Origin: Methanoregula sp. UBA154
GTDB lineage: Archaea; Halobacteriota; Methanomicrobia; Methanomicrobiales; Methanospirillaceae
Assembly (NCBI GenBank): GCA_002502245.1
Contig: DAPW01000017.1
Coordinates: forward strand, 39,105-103,104
Length of the DNA stretch: 64,000 nucleotides
Reading direction: 5' to 3'
Part shown: positions 47,966 to 58,849 of the stretch, piece by piece
Position numbering within the stretch: the stretch's first letter is position 1
Layout of the letters: every line of letters starts with the position of its first letter
Position numbers and translations under genes: made by a program
Notes under the pieces: model-generated
The model's input: only the letters and a program-made list of their open reading frames with translations
What the model was told of the DNA's origin: nothing
Databases searched by the model: none

Positions 47966-48751
47966 ATGAAGTGTTCGGCCGGAGATCTCGGGTGCAGGAT
48001 GGGGCAGGTGGAGCAGATGATCCGGTACGCCTACTGGAACAGTGGGTGCACCGGGATCGTCATCGGCGTGAGCGGTGGCGTGGACTCGGCTGTGGCGGCG
48101 GCGTTCTGCTGCCGGGCGGTCGGGCCGGACAGGGTGCTCGGCCTCTTCCTTCCCTCTACGGTCAGCAACAGGCAGGACAGCGACGATGCAACTGCACTCT
48201 GCGCAGCACTTGGGATGGAGCTCGGCACCATCAATATCGAGCCGATGCTCGCCGGGTTCAGAACAATGCCCGGGTTTACTGATGCCCAATCCGTGCTGGG
48301 CAACCTGATGGCACGGATCAGGATGGCCGTCCTGTATTACCATGCCAACCGTGATAACCGGCTTGTCTGCGGTACTTCGAACCGGAGCGAGTACATGATC
48401 GGTTACTGTACCAAGTTCGGAGACAATGCCGCGGATATCCAGCCCATCCTCCACTTGTACAAGTCGGATGTGTACATCATGGCGAAGGAGCTCGGGATCC
48501 CGGAGCCGATCATGAAAAAGACGCCGTCCGCCGGTTTATGGGAAGGCCAGAGCGACGAGGGCGAGATCGGACTGTCGTACGACCAGATTGATACGGCGCT
48601 CCGTGCGCTGGAAGGTCGGAGATGGCAGGCGGAGAACATAACCGAGGAGAGGGTGCTCGCCTTGGTGAAGAAGAGCCGGCACAAGCGGATGGGTGCACCT
48701 AATCTTTTAGCAATGTCTCAAAAACCGGACGGTACTGCTCCGGGAAATTAA
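47966..48751 (+). CDS. nadE: NH3-dependent NAD+ synthetase
   Basis: SGGVDSAV, GNLMARIRM, GTSNRSE, TKFGD and PSAGLWEGQSDE. Confidence 0.96.
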   Translation: MKCSAGDLGCRMGQVEQMIRYAYWNSGCTGIVIGVSGGVDSAVAAAFCCRAVGPDRVLGLFLPSTVSNRQDSDDATALCAALGMELGTINIEPMLAGFRTMPGFTDAQSVLGNLMARIRMAVLYYHANRDNRLVCGTSNRSEYMIGYCTKFGDNAADIQPILHLYKSDVYIMAKELGIPEPIMKKTPSAGLWEGQSDEGEIGLSYDQIDTALRALEGRRWQAENITEERVLALVKKSRHKRMGAPNLLAMSQKPDGTAPGN

Positions 48752-49409
48752 GGAATGCAAGGGCATCCCTGTTCCCGACGAGGTCATAGAGCGGTCCCTT
48801 GCAGATCCGCTGGGTTCCCCGACGGCAGCTTGCTCCCAGCCGGCGGACCGGGGGGGCATCCTGATAGGCCGGATTCCTGAAGAGGGTTCCGTCTGACAAC
48901 TCATACCAGGCGGCACCGTGCCGGGCCTCGTACTCCCCGTACTCGCTCTCGAAGGCAGTGGAGACGATATTGGCCATGGAGAGGGTCTGGTCCTGGGATG
49001 GGTTGATCGTGATATGCCCGTAATCCGGGGGGATGATGACCAGATCGCCTGCGTCCGCTTCTATCAGCACAACGTCGTCAAGCATGCAGGACTGGAGCAG
49101 GTAATGCGCCGTACCCTCGAGTACTTCGTAAATTTCCGGAAAGCCTATCCCGGCTGCATTCTTCGGGTGGTAATGACCCTTGGTCTTGACCAGTTCGCCG
49201 CAGAGATCGCGGGGGGGAATCACCGTGAGGTCATAGCGGAGCCGGTGTTCGTGAAGCCACCGCCAGTCCGCATCGGACTTTGACAGGTCACGGTACATAA
49301 AATAAAGGGGTTCGCTGCACCGGCATTGCGGTTCGAACAGGACGGGACGAATCTCTTCCACCGTCCTTATCGTAGGTTGTGGAAGCTCCCCTTCCCACCC
49401 AAACATCAC
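48699..49409 (-). CDS. Cupin-type glucose-6-phosphate isomerase
   Basis: KTKGHYH, EIYEVLEG and IPPDYGHITIN. Confidence 0.88.
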   Translation of the reverse strand: MMFGWEGELPQPTIRTVEEIRPVLFEPQCRCSEPLYFMYRDLSKSDADWRWLHEHRLRYDLTVIPPRDLCGELVKTKGHYHPKNAAGIGFPEIYEVLEGTAHYLLQSCMLDDVVLIEADAGDLVIIPPDYGHITINPSQDQTLSMANIVSTAFESEYGEYEARHGAAWYELSDGTLFRNPAYQDAPPVRRLGASCRRGTQRICKGPLYDLVGNRDALAFLNFPEQYRPVFETLLKD

Positions 49410-50692
49410 TTCTTCTTTCGCATTACAAGTAAATAATACCCGGCGCCGACAACGATAAGGGCGAGGATGACAGCCGGCAGAAACCGTGCAATACCGGTCG
49501 GCTGCGATGAGGGGATAACACGGATAGCAAGCTTGAAGGTATCTGAGATCTGGCTGTTATCGAGCACATCCCTGAACCTGATCTCGGTATCCAGGGCATA
49601 ATCCTGCGCTCCGGCCTCGTTGTCCGTGCTTAATTGGTAGGAAGCGGTGGCGGTGTCTCCGGGTTTCAGATCGCCAAGGTAGGCGCTGTTGTCAGCACTG
49701 GTGAAGGGGTCCACCACGGAAAGGCGGGCCTGTGCATGGTAGGCGGTCTGCGTCCCCGTATTCCGGTACTGGACTGCGATGATATTTTCGGATCCGGGGG
49801 TGACGCTGATCAGATCAGAGATTACCGCGAAGGTGAGCTTCCCAAGAACGGGGACACCCACCGTATCAGTGGCGGAAGTGACCGTATCACCGTCGCGGTT
49901 CTCGTAGGAGACCTGGAGATCAACCGGGTAGGTCTGGTTCTCGGCTTCACGGGAGATCGCGACCTTGTACCGGCAGGAGATCGTCGCATTCCGGGGGAAA
50001 TCGCCGATAAAGACATTGCTGTCCATCGGGATCACGGGGCTGTTCCCATTGCGAATGAGCCGGACTGTTGCTTTTTTACCGTCCTCAAAACCGGTATTTT
50101 GTATCTTCAGATGGAGATAGCCCCCGGTCCCGACGCTGAGGTTCTCCGGAACCACTTCGAGAACCGCGATCTTTACCGAGGGCTTGATTTTTATTGTGAG
50201 CGGGATCGTCTCATTCCTCCACCGGTAATCGGACTGAAGGACATCCGATGCCTCCTGGCCGGATTCGGCGAGATACAGGTAACCGATGGTCAGCGGGAGC
50301 ATGTATTCCCCTTTGGTTGCATCGGACGTGATCTTGGTCGCAATCATCACAGTCGTTGTCTGCTGGCTGGCCAGATTACCGATATTCTGCGGATCAGATT
50401 TTACCAGAACGGGGGCATTCCCCGGCGAGAGGCCGACAGTGACCATCTTCGCAGTCGTGGGAACATCCTCACGATCTATGGTTCCATGCATCACGAATTT
50501 GTTGACATTCAGGCCGCGGTTCTGCACAACAACGGAAATGACCGCATCCTGACCCGGAGTGAACTCGTTTGTGCCCGAAATTGCTGCCGACATCTGCGGC
50601 CCTTCGCTCAGGTAGGTGGTCACCCCCATCGACGGTATACTGCAGCACAGTACTAGGGTAAAAAGTATGATGGATATTCTGCGATATTTCAT
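49406..50692 (-). CDS. COG1361 S-layer-domain protein
   Basis: Signal peptide, Ig-like repeats (NTG..A, YLGDLKPG) and a C-terminal TM followed by RKKK. Confidence 0.85.
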   Translation of the reverse strand: MKYRRISIILFTLVLCCSIPSMGVTTYLSEGPQMSAAISGTNEFTPGQDAVISVVVQNRGLNVNKFVMHGTIDREDVPTTAKMVTVGLSPGNAPVLVKSDPQNIGNLASQQTTTVMIATKITSDATKGEYMLPLTIGYLYLAESGQEASDVLQSDYRWRNETIPLTIKIKPSVKIAVLEVVPENLSVGTGGYLHLKIQNTGFEDGKKATVRLIRNGNSPVIPMDSNVFIGDFPRNATISCRYKVAISREAENQTYPVDLQVSYENRDGDTVTSATDTVGVPVLGKLTFAVISDLISVTPGSENIIAVQYRNTGTQTAYHAQARLSVVDPFTSADNSAYLGDLKPGDTATASYQLSTDNEAGAQDYALDTEIRFRDVLDNSQISDTFKLAIRVIPSSQPTGIARFLPAVILALIVVGAGYYLLVMRKKK

Positions 50693-51115
50693 CCCTGATC
50701 ACTTGTTGTTATTGATATAACAACATTTATTGCAGGATATAAAGTGATGTTCAAATGAAAATGCCGCCAGAGGAGACGGGCCGATTTGTTGAGTACCTTA
50801 CATCCCTCGGAATGATACGAGTCGCTCGTTAACCTTGCACTCCCGCGGATACAGATCCGTGAATCAGGTTGTCTCCCGCGCGCATCAGTTTACCGGGTCT
50901 TCGGCCAGCTGCGGGACAAGGATCCTGGTATCCCAGTCGGTCCCCAGGTGGTCTGCAGCCATCCGTCCGGAAAATGCGATCACCCGGCTGCTGGGCAGGA
51001 TCGAGGGCGACGCAGACGAAGCCCGCAAAGCCCTTGTCGTCATCCTGTCCGCATATTTCTCCCGATCACTGCGTTCTCATGGATGTGCAAAAAAGTGCGG
51101 GTGAGACCAACAAGA

Positions 51116-51862
51116 TCAAAAGCTCCGGATCTCTTCCATCCGGGTGATATCCATAAGGCCTTTCATAGCCTGTGTCTGAACCCAGCGCCCGCTCTCGCGG
51201 ATTGCTGCCATCGGGTTGGTGCCCCCGACTGCAGCGATCGCAACATATTGCGGGCTTACCGGGACACCGAGGAGGGGCAGGTTCGGCATCCCGACCTCGA
51301 GTATGCCGGAATAACTGCTGCTTTCCAGTTCGTCGAGCACGATGCCGACAAGCGCTTCAGCCTCCATGTGGAACTCGCGGATATTGGCAAGCATGTTCCC
51401 GCTGCCCTTGCGCATCACATCAGTCACCGAGGTGGTCTTCTGGGAGATGAGCACCTGCAGCGGGTCGATGGTTGTATGCTCGTAAAGGATGATATGGGTG
51501 AAACGGATCGGCGTGCGGTTCTCGATCTCCACAACCCCGCCGCCGATCGGGTTGACCGGGATCCCACGACGGATCAGGAGGCCATCGAAGGTGATACTGC
51601 ACATTGTGCATATTCCGGTGCATCCCTTCGGGATGTGATACTCTGCGACGGCATCACCGGAAGAGAAGAATTTGACAAGCCCGCTGACACTGACACCTGT
51701 TTTATGGGCAGCCTTGAGAATGCTGATAGCAAACTCAAGGTCCTCGTTCTTTATAAGGGACAGGTTGTAAACAACGTTGCCTTGCCCCGCAACCGGATCG
51801 AAGGTGACCTGCATGGCATAATCTTCGATATTGTTGTTCACAAACTTGAGCGGGAGGGTCAT
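51116..51862 (-). CDS. NrpR regulatory domain (DUF128) protein without wHTH, NrpRII-like
   Basis: VTFDP..G.VVYN, TMCSITFDG, GIP..GGG, TTIDPL and GGTNP. Start trimmed to MTLPLKF. Confidence 0.85.
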   Translation of the reverse strand: MTLPLKFVNNNIEDYAMQVTFDPVAGQGNVVYNLSLIKNEDLEFAISILKAAHKTGVSVSGLVKFFSSGDAVAEYHIPKGCTGICTMCSITFDGLLIRRGIPVNPIGGGVVEIENRTPIRFTHIILYEHTTIDPLQVLISQKTTSVTDVMRKGSGNMLANIREFHMEAEALVGIVLDELESSSYSGILEVGMPNLPLLGVPVSPQYVAIAAVGGTNPMAAIRESGRWVQTQAMKGLMDITRMEEIRSF

Positions 51863-51923
51863 TATCCTAAACTTCTGACAGCGCAATAGAAAAATTGTTC
51901 TATAAGCGTAAGGCAAATTATAT

Positions 51924-52886
51924 ATGATGGAACCTGAAATGCGGGAAAAGGCCAAGAATGCGATGCGTCTCATTCTTGAAGCGGCACGGTTCGACGTGGA
52001 GGAAGTAGATGAACCACTCGACCTTTCAGCAGTTCGTGAAGGGGTCTGTCTTCTTGTGCTTTGTTCAAACGAGAAGGCAATGATCAGCCAGTTCGACAAG
52101 ACCAATTACAGCCTCATGATCGATGACCATGAGATGAACTGTAAAAAACTCCTTTTCTCGATCGATAAGGATATCTCAACTGAGAACTGCATCCAGTGGG
52201 GTGTCGAGGAGTTTGTCCGATATACCGGTGAAGCTGTCCTCGCGGATATCCTGAGCCGTGAACTTGCTCTCGATCTTAACCAGTCAAAAAGCAGGAGACC
52301 ATCGGCCTCGCCTTCTGTCGCACCAGCCCTGGCCCCGCCGGAACCCTCCGGCATCTCAATCCCGCATTTCCCGGTAAAACTGACCGAGCAGGCAGCGATC
52401 CGTGCTGCCGGCGTACAGGGAGCGGCAAAGCTCCGGTTCATACCCTATTATCTGTTCCATTACACGAGCACGGGCGAGCAGGTATACAAGGACCGCCGTA
52501 TCCCGTTCGATGCCGATGGCTGGAGCGCCCTGAACGCCATTAACGGAATCAAGATCGACCTGGACAATAAACAGGTCGAGGATACGGAAATCCCCGGTAG
52601 TGCCGAGGTCTGCAACCCGCATATCAAAAAAGAGGAAGCCGCCGAGCGAATGGTGAATGAGCTCATCGATCGCCTGACCCAGAAAGTCCGCATTAAGCAG
52701 GAGAAGGGCGACGCGATCTTCTATGAGGAGAAGATCCTCAAGCCAGACAAGAAAAACATCACCATTGATGCCAAACAGGTCTATATCCCGGTCTGGCAGA
52801 TCCGTGGCAAAAAGATCGTCGAAGTGAATGCGTTCACGGGCGAGTTGCTCTCGGAGCCGATGGATGAGGGCGTTGAAGTCTTCTGA
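51924..52886 (+). CDS. Hypothetical protein
   Basis: 320-aa ORF with typical codon usage and a C-terminal YIPVW..VNAFTGE pattern. Confidence 0.8.
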   Translation: MMEPEMREKAKNAMRLILEAARFDVEEVDEPLDLSAVREGVCLLVLCSNEKAMISQFDKTNYSLMIDDHEMNCKKLLFSIDKDISTENCIQWGVEEFVRYTGEAVLADILSRELALDLNQSKSRRPSASPSVAPALAPPEPSGISIPHFPVKLTEQAAIRAAGVQGAAKLRFIPYYLFHYTSTGEQVYKDRRIPFDADGWSALNAINGIKIDLDNKQVEDTEIPGSAEVCNPHIKKEEAAERMVNELIDRLTQKVRIKQEKGDAIFYEEKILKPDKKNITIDAKQVYIPVWQIRGKKIVEVNAFTGELLSEPMDEGVEVF

Positions 52887-53012
52887 TCCCCGCCCCTTCC
52901 CGCTCAATTCCTTCGGCACCGGACGGTGTCGTCCCGCAGTCTTTTATCATCCTCCTGCCTGTATCCTCCTAAATACCACGGCACCGCCTCTGCTGCGGTC
53001 AGGGATCCGGTC

Positions 53013-54335
53013 ATGATCGTCATCCTTGGCGGGGGCCCGGCAGGAAGGCTCGCGTCCATCCGCCTTGCCGCAGCAGGCAGGCAGGTCATCCTCGTCGAAC
53101 ACGGGGGTATCGGGGGCCAGTGTCTTCACTCGGGCTGCATGCCGGTCTGTGCCCTGAACGATGTCGCCCGTCTCATCCATGCAGCCCGTGAACTGAATGA
53201 CCTCGGGGTTATCGATACGGTCCCTGGCCCGGATTTTTCGGTCCTCTTAAGAAGGATGGGGGAGATCCAGCAGAAGATCGCCTCAATCCTCGACGATGAA
53301 ACGCGATCTGCTGGTGTGGATATCATCTACGGCAGGACTGGCAGGCTTGCAGGGCGAATGGCCTGGGCCGGCGACGAGCAGCTGGAAGCCGAAGCGATCA
53401 TCGCGGCCACCGGCTCCCGGCCCTTTGTTCCCGGAATCCCGGGTATTGATCTCCCCGGTGTCTTTACGTCCCGCACCCTGTCCGGCATGGACAGGCTCCC
53501 GGAAAAAATGGTCATTATCGGCGGCAGCGTGGTGGCTGCAGAGTTCGCCTACATTTTCAGTACTTTCGGGTGCGACGTGACAATCCTATCCCGCAGTACG
53601 TTCCTGAAAGAGAGCGACAGGCACATCAGGGCGCTCGCGATAAAGGAACTGGCGGGCGCAACGATCCGGGAGAATACACCAGTGAAGACAATTATGGGTA
53701 AAAACCGGGTTGACTCGGTCCTCACCCCGGACGGGGAACTGGAAGCAGACGCGGTCTTCATCGCTGCGGGACTTGTGCCGAACTCCGGGTCGCTCGAAGG
53801 ACTGAAAAAAGGACCCCTAGGAGAGGTGGTTGTCGATAACCACATGCGGACGAGTGTTGCGGACGTCTATGCCTGCGGCGACGTGGTCGGCCCACCCTGC
53901 CTAACACCGGTTGCCCGCCACCAGGGAATTGTAGCCGCCGACAATATCCTCGGGATCCCCCGGACCATGGATTATCAGAATATCCCACGGTCAATCAATC
54001 TTACCCACGAGCTGGCCTTCTGCATCAACGGGACCGACGGGATGGGGTCGCTTGCTATTCCGGGCCCGGCCGGCCCGGGCTCGTTCTGGTCCGTTCCCAC
54101 CGGGCAGACAGGTCTTGCCAAAGTGATCTTCGAGCCGGGGAGCGGGGAACTTGCCGGTATCTGTGCGGCAGGGCCTGGAGGAGGGCTGGTTGCCGGCTAC
54201 ATGGCGTTTCTCATGAAGAAACACTTCTCCGTCCATGACTTCGAGGAGTTCATCGAGGTCCACCCCTCAACAGACGGCGTGTACGGGCTGGCAAAGTATG
54301 CCTCCGCGGTCCTGAAAAAACGTAATCGCCCGTAA
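53013..54335 (+). CDS. Pyridine nucleotide-disulfide oxidoreductase (dihydrolipoamide dehydrogenase-like)
   Basis: GGGPAG, GGQCLHSGCMP redox disulfide, ATGS, VYACGD and C-terminal HPS. Start trimmed to MIVIL. Confidence 0.9.
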   Translation: MIVILGGGPAGRLASIRLAAAGRQVILVEHGGIGGQCLHSGCMPVCALNDVARLIHAARELNDLGVIDTVPGPDFSVLLRRMGEIQQKIASILDDETRSAGVDIIYGRTGRLAGRMAWAGDEQLEAEAIIAATGSRPFVPGIPGIDLPGVFTSRTLSGMDRLPEKMVIIGGSVVAAEFAYIFSTFGCDVTILSRSTFLKESDRHIRALAIKELAGATIRENTPVKTIMGKNRVDSVLTPDGELEADAVFIAAGLVPNSGSLEGLKKGPLGEVVVDNHMRTSVADVYACGDVVGPPCLTPVARHQGIVAADNILGIPRTMDYQNIPRSINLTHELAFCINGTDGMGSLAIPGPAGPGSFWSVPTGQTGLAKVIFEPGSGELAGICAAGPGGGLVAGYMAFLMKKHFSVHDFEEFIEVHPSTDGVYGLAKYASAVLKKRNRP

Positions 54336-54439
54336 ACGTACCCCCTTCTCCTGTTCCGACGCTGGCGCTGAAGGTATTATTACATCCGGAATCGCATTAT
54401 TACGATACATACCATCCCATTCTTCGGGTGTTTTTAACG

Positions 54440-55969
54440 ATGACCAGTCCCACTGAAAATACCACATTCGACCAGACACGGCTCGACAAGATCCGTGCAC
54501 TGCAGGAAAAAGGCCACATCATCTTCCCAACCTCATTTGACCGGCAGCACACCGTTGCCGAGATCAAGACGAAGTATGCGGATATCGCCCACGACAAGAG
54601 CGCTGAGCCCGTGACCACGGCCGGCAGGATCTACATTGTCCGTAACCACGGCAAGACCCTCTTTGCCGACCTCGGGGATGAGACCGGCAAGATCCAGCTC
54701 TATATAAGGAAGAATGATATCGGGGAAGCCCAGTTCGATCTCTTCAACCAGTTCATCGAGCGGGGGGACATCATCGGGGTGACAGGGCACGTTTTCCGGA
54801 CAAAACTCGGGGAGATCACCATCTGGGTGGACACCTTCACCCTTCTCTGCAAAGCCGTCTGTTCCCTGCCGGAGAAATTTCACGGGCTCACGGATGTCGA
54901 GAAGCGCTATCGCCAGCGGTACGTGGACCTGATCGTGAACGAGGAAAGCCGGCAGACCTTCCGGAGCCGGAGCCGGATTGTCTCCCTCATCCGCAGGTAT
55001 CTTGACGACCATGGATTCCTCGAGTTCGAAACCCCCATCCTCCAGCCGATATACGGTGGGGCCAATGCCCGGCCGTTCACCTCCTACCACCACTTCCTTG
55101 ACCAGAACCTCTTCCTCCGCATCGCCCCTGAGCTCTACCTCAAGCGTCTCGTAGTCGGCGGATTCGAGAAGGTTTTCGAGATCGCCCGCAACTTCCGGAA
55201 CGAAGCGGTGGATGCCGATCACAACCCGGAGTTCTCAATGGTGGAGATCTACTGGGCATACCGGGACTTCAAGGACATGATGGCCCTGACCGAAGATATC
55301 GTCTCGTCCATCATCCTTGAGCTCCACGGCAAGTACGAGATACCGTTCGGCGAGATCACGCTCGACTTCAAGCCGCCCTGGAAGAAACTCTCAATGGCGG
55401 ATGCGGTCTTTGAGATTGCCGGTATCGATATCTTCACCCATCCGGTTGAGGAACTCCGTGTCCTCGCCCGCCAGCACCAGCTCGAGGATCCGGACAAGCC
55501 GCAGAGCCAGCGGGAGTTCCTCATCGCCTTCTTCGAAGGACTTGTCGAGGAGAAACTCATCCAGCCGACCTTCATATACGATTACCCGGTCGAGAATTCA
55601 CCGCTCGCCAAGCGCCACCGTTCAAAGGAGGGCTTCACCGAGCGGTTCGAGCTCTTCATCGCCGGTATGGAGGTCGGAAACGGCTTCTCGGAGCTGAACG
55701 ACCCGGTCGACCAGAAGGAGCGGTTCGAAGCACAGGACGAGAAGCGTCGGCTCGGGGACGTGGAAGCCCAGATGATCGATTACGACTTCATCAACGCCAT
55801 CGGGTACGGCATGCCCCCGACCGGCGGGGTCGGGATTGGCATCGACCGGCTTGTGATGCTCCTCACCAACAATGAATCCATCAAAGAGGTCATACTATTC
55901 CCTTCAATGAAAAAGCTCCAGGAAGGAGGCGGGGAAGAAACGGACGAGACGCCGAAAGCCGGGAACTGA
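54440..55969 (+). CDS. lysS: Lysine--tRNA ligase, class II
   Basis: [38 protein letters not shown] and [16 protein letters not shown]. Confidence 0.97.
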   Translation: MTSPTENTTFDQTRLDKIRALQEKGHIIFPTSFDRQHTVAEIKTKYADIAHDKSAEPVTTAGRIYIVRNHGKTLFADLGDETGKIQLYIRKNDIGEAQFDLFNQFIERGDIIGVTGHVFRTKLGEITIWVDTFTLLCKAVCSLPEKFHGLTDVEKRYRQRYVDLIVNEESRQTFRSRSRIVSLIRRYLDDHGFLEFETPILQPIYGGANARPFTSYHHFLDQNLFLRIAPELYLKRLVVGGFEKVFEIARNFRNEAVDADHNPEFSMVEIYWAYRDFKDMMALTEDIVSSIILELHGKYEIPFGEITLDFKPPWKKLSMADAVFEIAGIDIFTHPVEELRVLARQHQLEDPDKPQSQREFLIAFFEGLVEEKLIQPTFIYDYPVENSPLAKRHRSKEGFTERFELFIAGMEVGNGFSELNDPVDQKERFEAQDEKRRLGDVEAQMIDYDFINAIGYGMPPTGGVGIGIDRLVMLLTNNESIKEVILFPSMKKLQEGGGEETDETPKAGN

Positions 55970-56430
55970 TACTTCGCGACCTGTTCTCCGGAAAACTTAT
56001 TTTCTTGTGAGATTTCCTCCTTCTAACACCACCGGATCGAATAACCTGTCAGGTACTCGCTCGTCATACCTGCCCTTCTCATCGGGAACTCCGGTCTTCA
56101 TTTCCAGAGGGGATGGTCCGCTTACGATTGATCTGCAGACCCCGGAACAATTTAAGAGGAACAGGGGAGTTGGGAGGTTCCCCGACCCCCTGCCGGAAAA
56201 GTGCGGCTACTGGCGGGTATAGTATGATCGAGGGGTTCATGCCGGTATGACGGATACCAGGCACAAATATCCGGAAAAATGATTCTGGTCTTGGGCACCA
56301 GGACGTTACAAAAGTAACCGATGAAGATGCGCCTCCATGAATAACTGGATTTGTTCTCCAAAGAAGGTCATGGGCTGGAATTACGGAAAGATGCAGAACG
56401 GTTATCCGAGCAGTCTACCTATCAATCTGC

Positions 56431-57018
56431 ATGAGTTCCAGCGAAAAGTTACGTCATCACCACCACGTGGTTTTCTCGGCTGAAAAGGCCGGCCACCTCG
56501 ACACCCGCTTCCGCCGCTTCCTCTACCGTCCTGACCGGCTCGCGGAACGGTTCGTGAAGCCAGGCTCAAATGTAATCGACTTCGGCTGCGGACCGGGATT
56601 CTTCACGCGGGAATTTGCGAAACGGGTCGGCGACAGCGGCCATGTCTTTTCCGTGGACCTGCAGGAGGAGATGCTCCGGATCGTGCGCGAGAAGATGGCA
56701 GCAGAGGACCTCCTGCCACGTATTACGACATACCGGTGCGAGCCGGATTCAATCAACCTCTCCCCGGATCTGATGGGAACCTTCGATGCCGCCTTCACCA
56801 TCTTTGTGGTCCATGAGGTGCCTGATCCGGCAACGCTGTTCCGGGAGCTCGCCCTGCTCCTGAAGCCGGGGGGCACGCTCTTCTATACCGAGCCCCCGTT
56901 CATCGTTTCCGGAAAGGAGTTCCGGGAGAACCTCACACGCGCGGAGGAAGTGGGATTCCGGCAGGTGGACCGTTTTCTCTACTTTGTAAACCGGGCAGTT
57001 GTGCTGAGGAAGGGGTGA
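56431..57018 (+). CDS. Class I SAM-dependent methyltransferase
   Basis: VIDFGCGPG, VDLQEEML, HEVPD and LKPGG. Confidence 0.9.
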   Translation: MSSSEKLRHHHHVVFSAEKAGHLDTRFRRFLYRPDRLAERFVKPGSNVIDFGCGPGFFTREFAKRVGDSGHVFSVDLQEEMLRIVREKMAAEDLLPRITTYRCEPDSINLSPDLMGTFDAAFTIFVVHEVPDPATLFRELALLLKPGGTLFYTEPPFIVSGKEFRENLTRAEEVGFRQVDRFLYFVNRAVVLRKG

Positions 57019-57031
57019 GGAGGATTGTCAG

Positions 57032-57421
57032 ATGATTACGATTACTGATGAATACATGCAGCAGATAATAAAACGGACAAAAGAGTACTCCCTTGGTATC
57101 CTGAAGGCCGGCCCGGCCATTGGCATGGAGGGTGCCGGGAAGATTATCTGGGAGCATGGGCGGCGGAACTTCAGCCTCCGCGAAGAAGGCTTGCTCTCCA
57201 TTGTCTGCCCGGGGGCGGACGGGAGCGGTGTGAGTGGTGTTGGCATCTTTAATGCCAGCCTTGATCGGGTGAAAGAGATCATGGATGGGGACCCGGCAGT
57301 CCGGGCCGGTATCTTCGTGTACGAGATCCACCCGTGCCGGTGCTTCCCGGGACCGGTTGCAGGAATAAAATTTCACGAGATCCTGGACACGGGCACGCAC
57401 CAATTTTTCATTGTCCTTTGA
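57032..57421 (+). CDS. YCII-related domain protein
   Basis: EH..LREEG..CP..GVGIF..MDGDPAVRAGIFVYEIHP. Confidence 0.7.
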   Translation: MITITDEYMQQIIKRTKEYSLGILKAGPAIGMEGAGKIIWEHGRRNFSLREEGLLSIVCPGADGSGVSGVGIFNASLDRVKEIMDGDPAVRAGIFVYEIHPCRCFPGPVAGIKFHEILDTGTHQFFIVL

Positions 57422-57577
57422 ACCACGTTCTGGGATCATGGAAGCGGACGGGTTCTAATAATTCTGTTAAGGGAGGGATCAACAGGCACTCCCCCAAGGG
57501 GCTGATGTACCCACGGGGACCTGCAACAGCACCAGGAATCACAAAAGGTTATTACTTTTCATTCCAAGTTATTCACG

Positions 57578-58810
57578 ATGGAGACTCTCTTTACGTCACC
57601 CGAGTTCCAGATGAGCCTGCTCCTTTTCGTAGCGCTCGGCGGTTACCTTATTGCGTCGCGCATCAACCAGTCCGCGGTCATCGGGCTGATCCTTGTCGGG
57701 CTCCTCGTGGGCCCCAGCGTGCTCGGGTGGATCACGTACACGGACTTCGTCCGGAGCATTGCCCATCTCGGCGCGGTCATCCTCCTGTTCGTGATCGGGT
57801 TCGAGTTCAATATGAAAGATATCGTCCAGCCGCGGAACTTTGCTATCGCTTCGATCGGAGTAATTGTACCGTGGATCGGGGGATGGGGGCTTGCCGTCCT
57901 GTTCGGGTTCAACCAGGCAAGCGCAATCTTTATCGGGACCGCCTGCACGGCGACCAGTATCGCAATCACGGCCAATGTTTTAAAAGAACTGGGCAAACTC
58001 CAGACCGAAGCGGCAAAAGCGATCATCGGCGCTGCAGTCATCGATGACGTGCTTGCCCTGATCGTGCTCGCGGTCAGCTCCGATGTAGTTAGTGGTTCGT
58101 TTTCGTATCTTGGGATGGCGATCGTGACCGTCAAGGCAGTTGCGTTCATCGTGATTGCGGCAGCATTCGGCATTCTTGTCATCAGTAAATACCTCGCAAA
58201 GCTGGACATGACACCCTTCGTGCAGAAATACCCGGAGTTTATCTTTATCTTTGCCATGATGCTTGCCTTCCTGTACGCCTTAATTGCAGAGGCCGTCGGG
58301 CTCTCAGCGATTGTCGGTGCATTCATTGCCGGGGTCTCGTTCAAGGATGTCGAGCTTCACCAGAGCCGCAGTCTCAAGGAGGGCGCGGAGTACCTCCAGA
58401 TCATCTTCGCAGCGATCTTCTTCGTCTCCCTAGGCATCATTGCAGACCTCCATTCGGTCACCTCTGAAATTTTACTATTCCTAGTTGCGCTGACCCTTGT
58501 CGCGATCCTGACCAAGGTGATTGGTTGCGGGTTACCGGCAAAACTGGGAGGACTCTGCACGAAGGACTCGCTGATTGTCGGTTTCGGTATGTCCCCGAGA
58601 GGTGAGGTAGCGATGATCGTTGCCCTCATCGGGCTTGAAGCTGGTATCATCGAGCAGGGCGTCTATGTCACCCTCGTGCTCATGAGCCTGCTCACAACCA
58701 TTATCACCCCCATCGTGTACCGGAACTGGTTCTACAAGGGAGATTACGGCTTGTATAGTGAAAACGGTACCTGTATTTCGGATTCGTCGCAGGAGGGGGA
58801 GGGAGCATGA
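57578..58810 (+). CDS. Cation:proton antiporter (CPA2/Kef-type membrane domain)
   Basis: About 12 TMs; TATSIAIT, AAVIDDV, IVGAFIAG, FFVSLG and PRGEVA. Confidence 0.93.
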   Translation: METLFTSPEFQMSLLLFVALGGYLIASRINQSAVIGLILVGLLVGPSVLGWITYTDFVRSIAHLGAVILLFVIGFEFNMKDIVQPRNFAIASIGVIVPWIGGWGLAVLFGFNQASAIFIGTACTATSIAITANVLKELGKLQTEAAKAIIGAAVIDDVLALIVLAVSSDVVSGSFSYLGMAIVTVKAVAFIVIAAAFGILVISKYLAKLDMTPFVQKYPEFIFIFAMMLAFLYALIAEAVGLSAIVGAFIAGVSFKDVELHQSRSLKEGAEYLQIIFAAIFFVSLGIIADLHSVTSEILLFLVALTLVAILTKVIGCGLPAKLGGLCTKDSLIVGFGMSPRGEVAMIVALIGLEAGIIEQGVYVTLVLMSLLTTIITPIVYRNWFYKGDYGLYSENGTCISDSSQEGEGA

Positions 58811-58849
58811 GCGGATGTGTCACCTGCAATGGGGGGAAAGGTGAAGGCC

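Noticed and set aside
48699-48751. 53-nt convergent overlap of nadE and pgi
   Set aside because: This is a non-conserved-looking tail extension of NadE. Such overlaps are common.
50755-51104. Possible frameshifted small gene on the + strand
   Set aside because: The fragments are short and match no family I recognise, so I cannot support the call.
54440-55969. Class II LysRS in an archaeon as a novelty
   Set aside because: Class II LysRS is already known in several archaeal lineages, including some methanogens.
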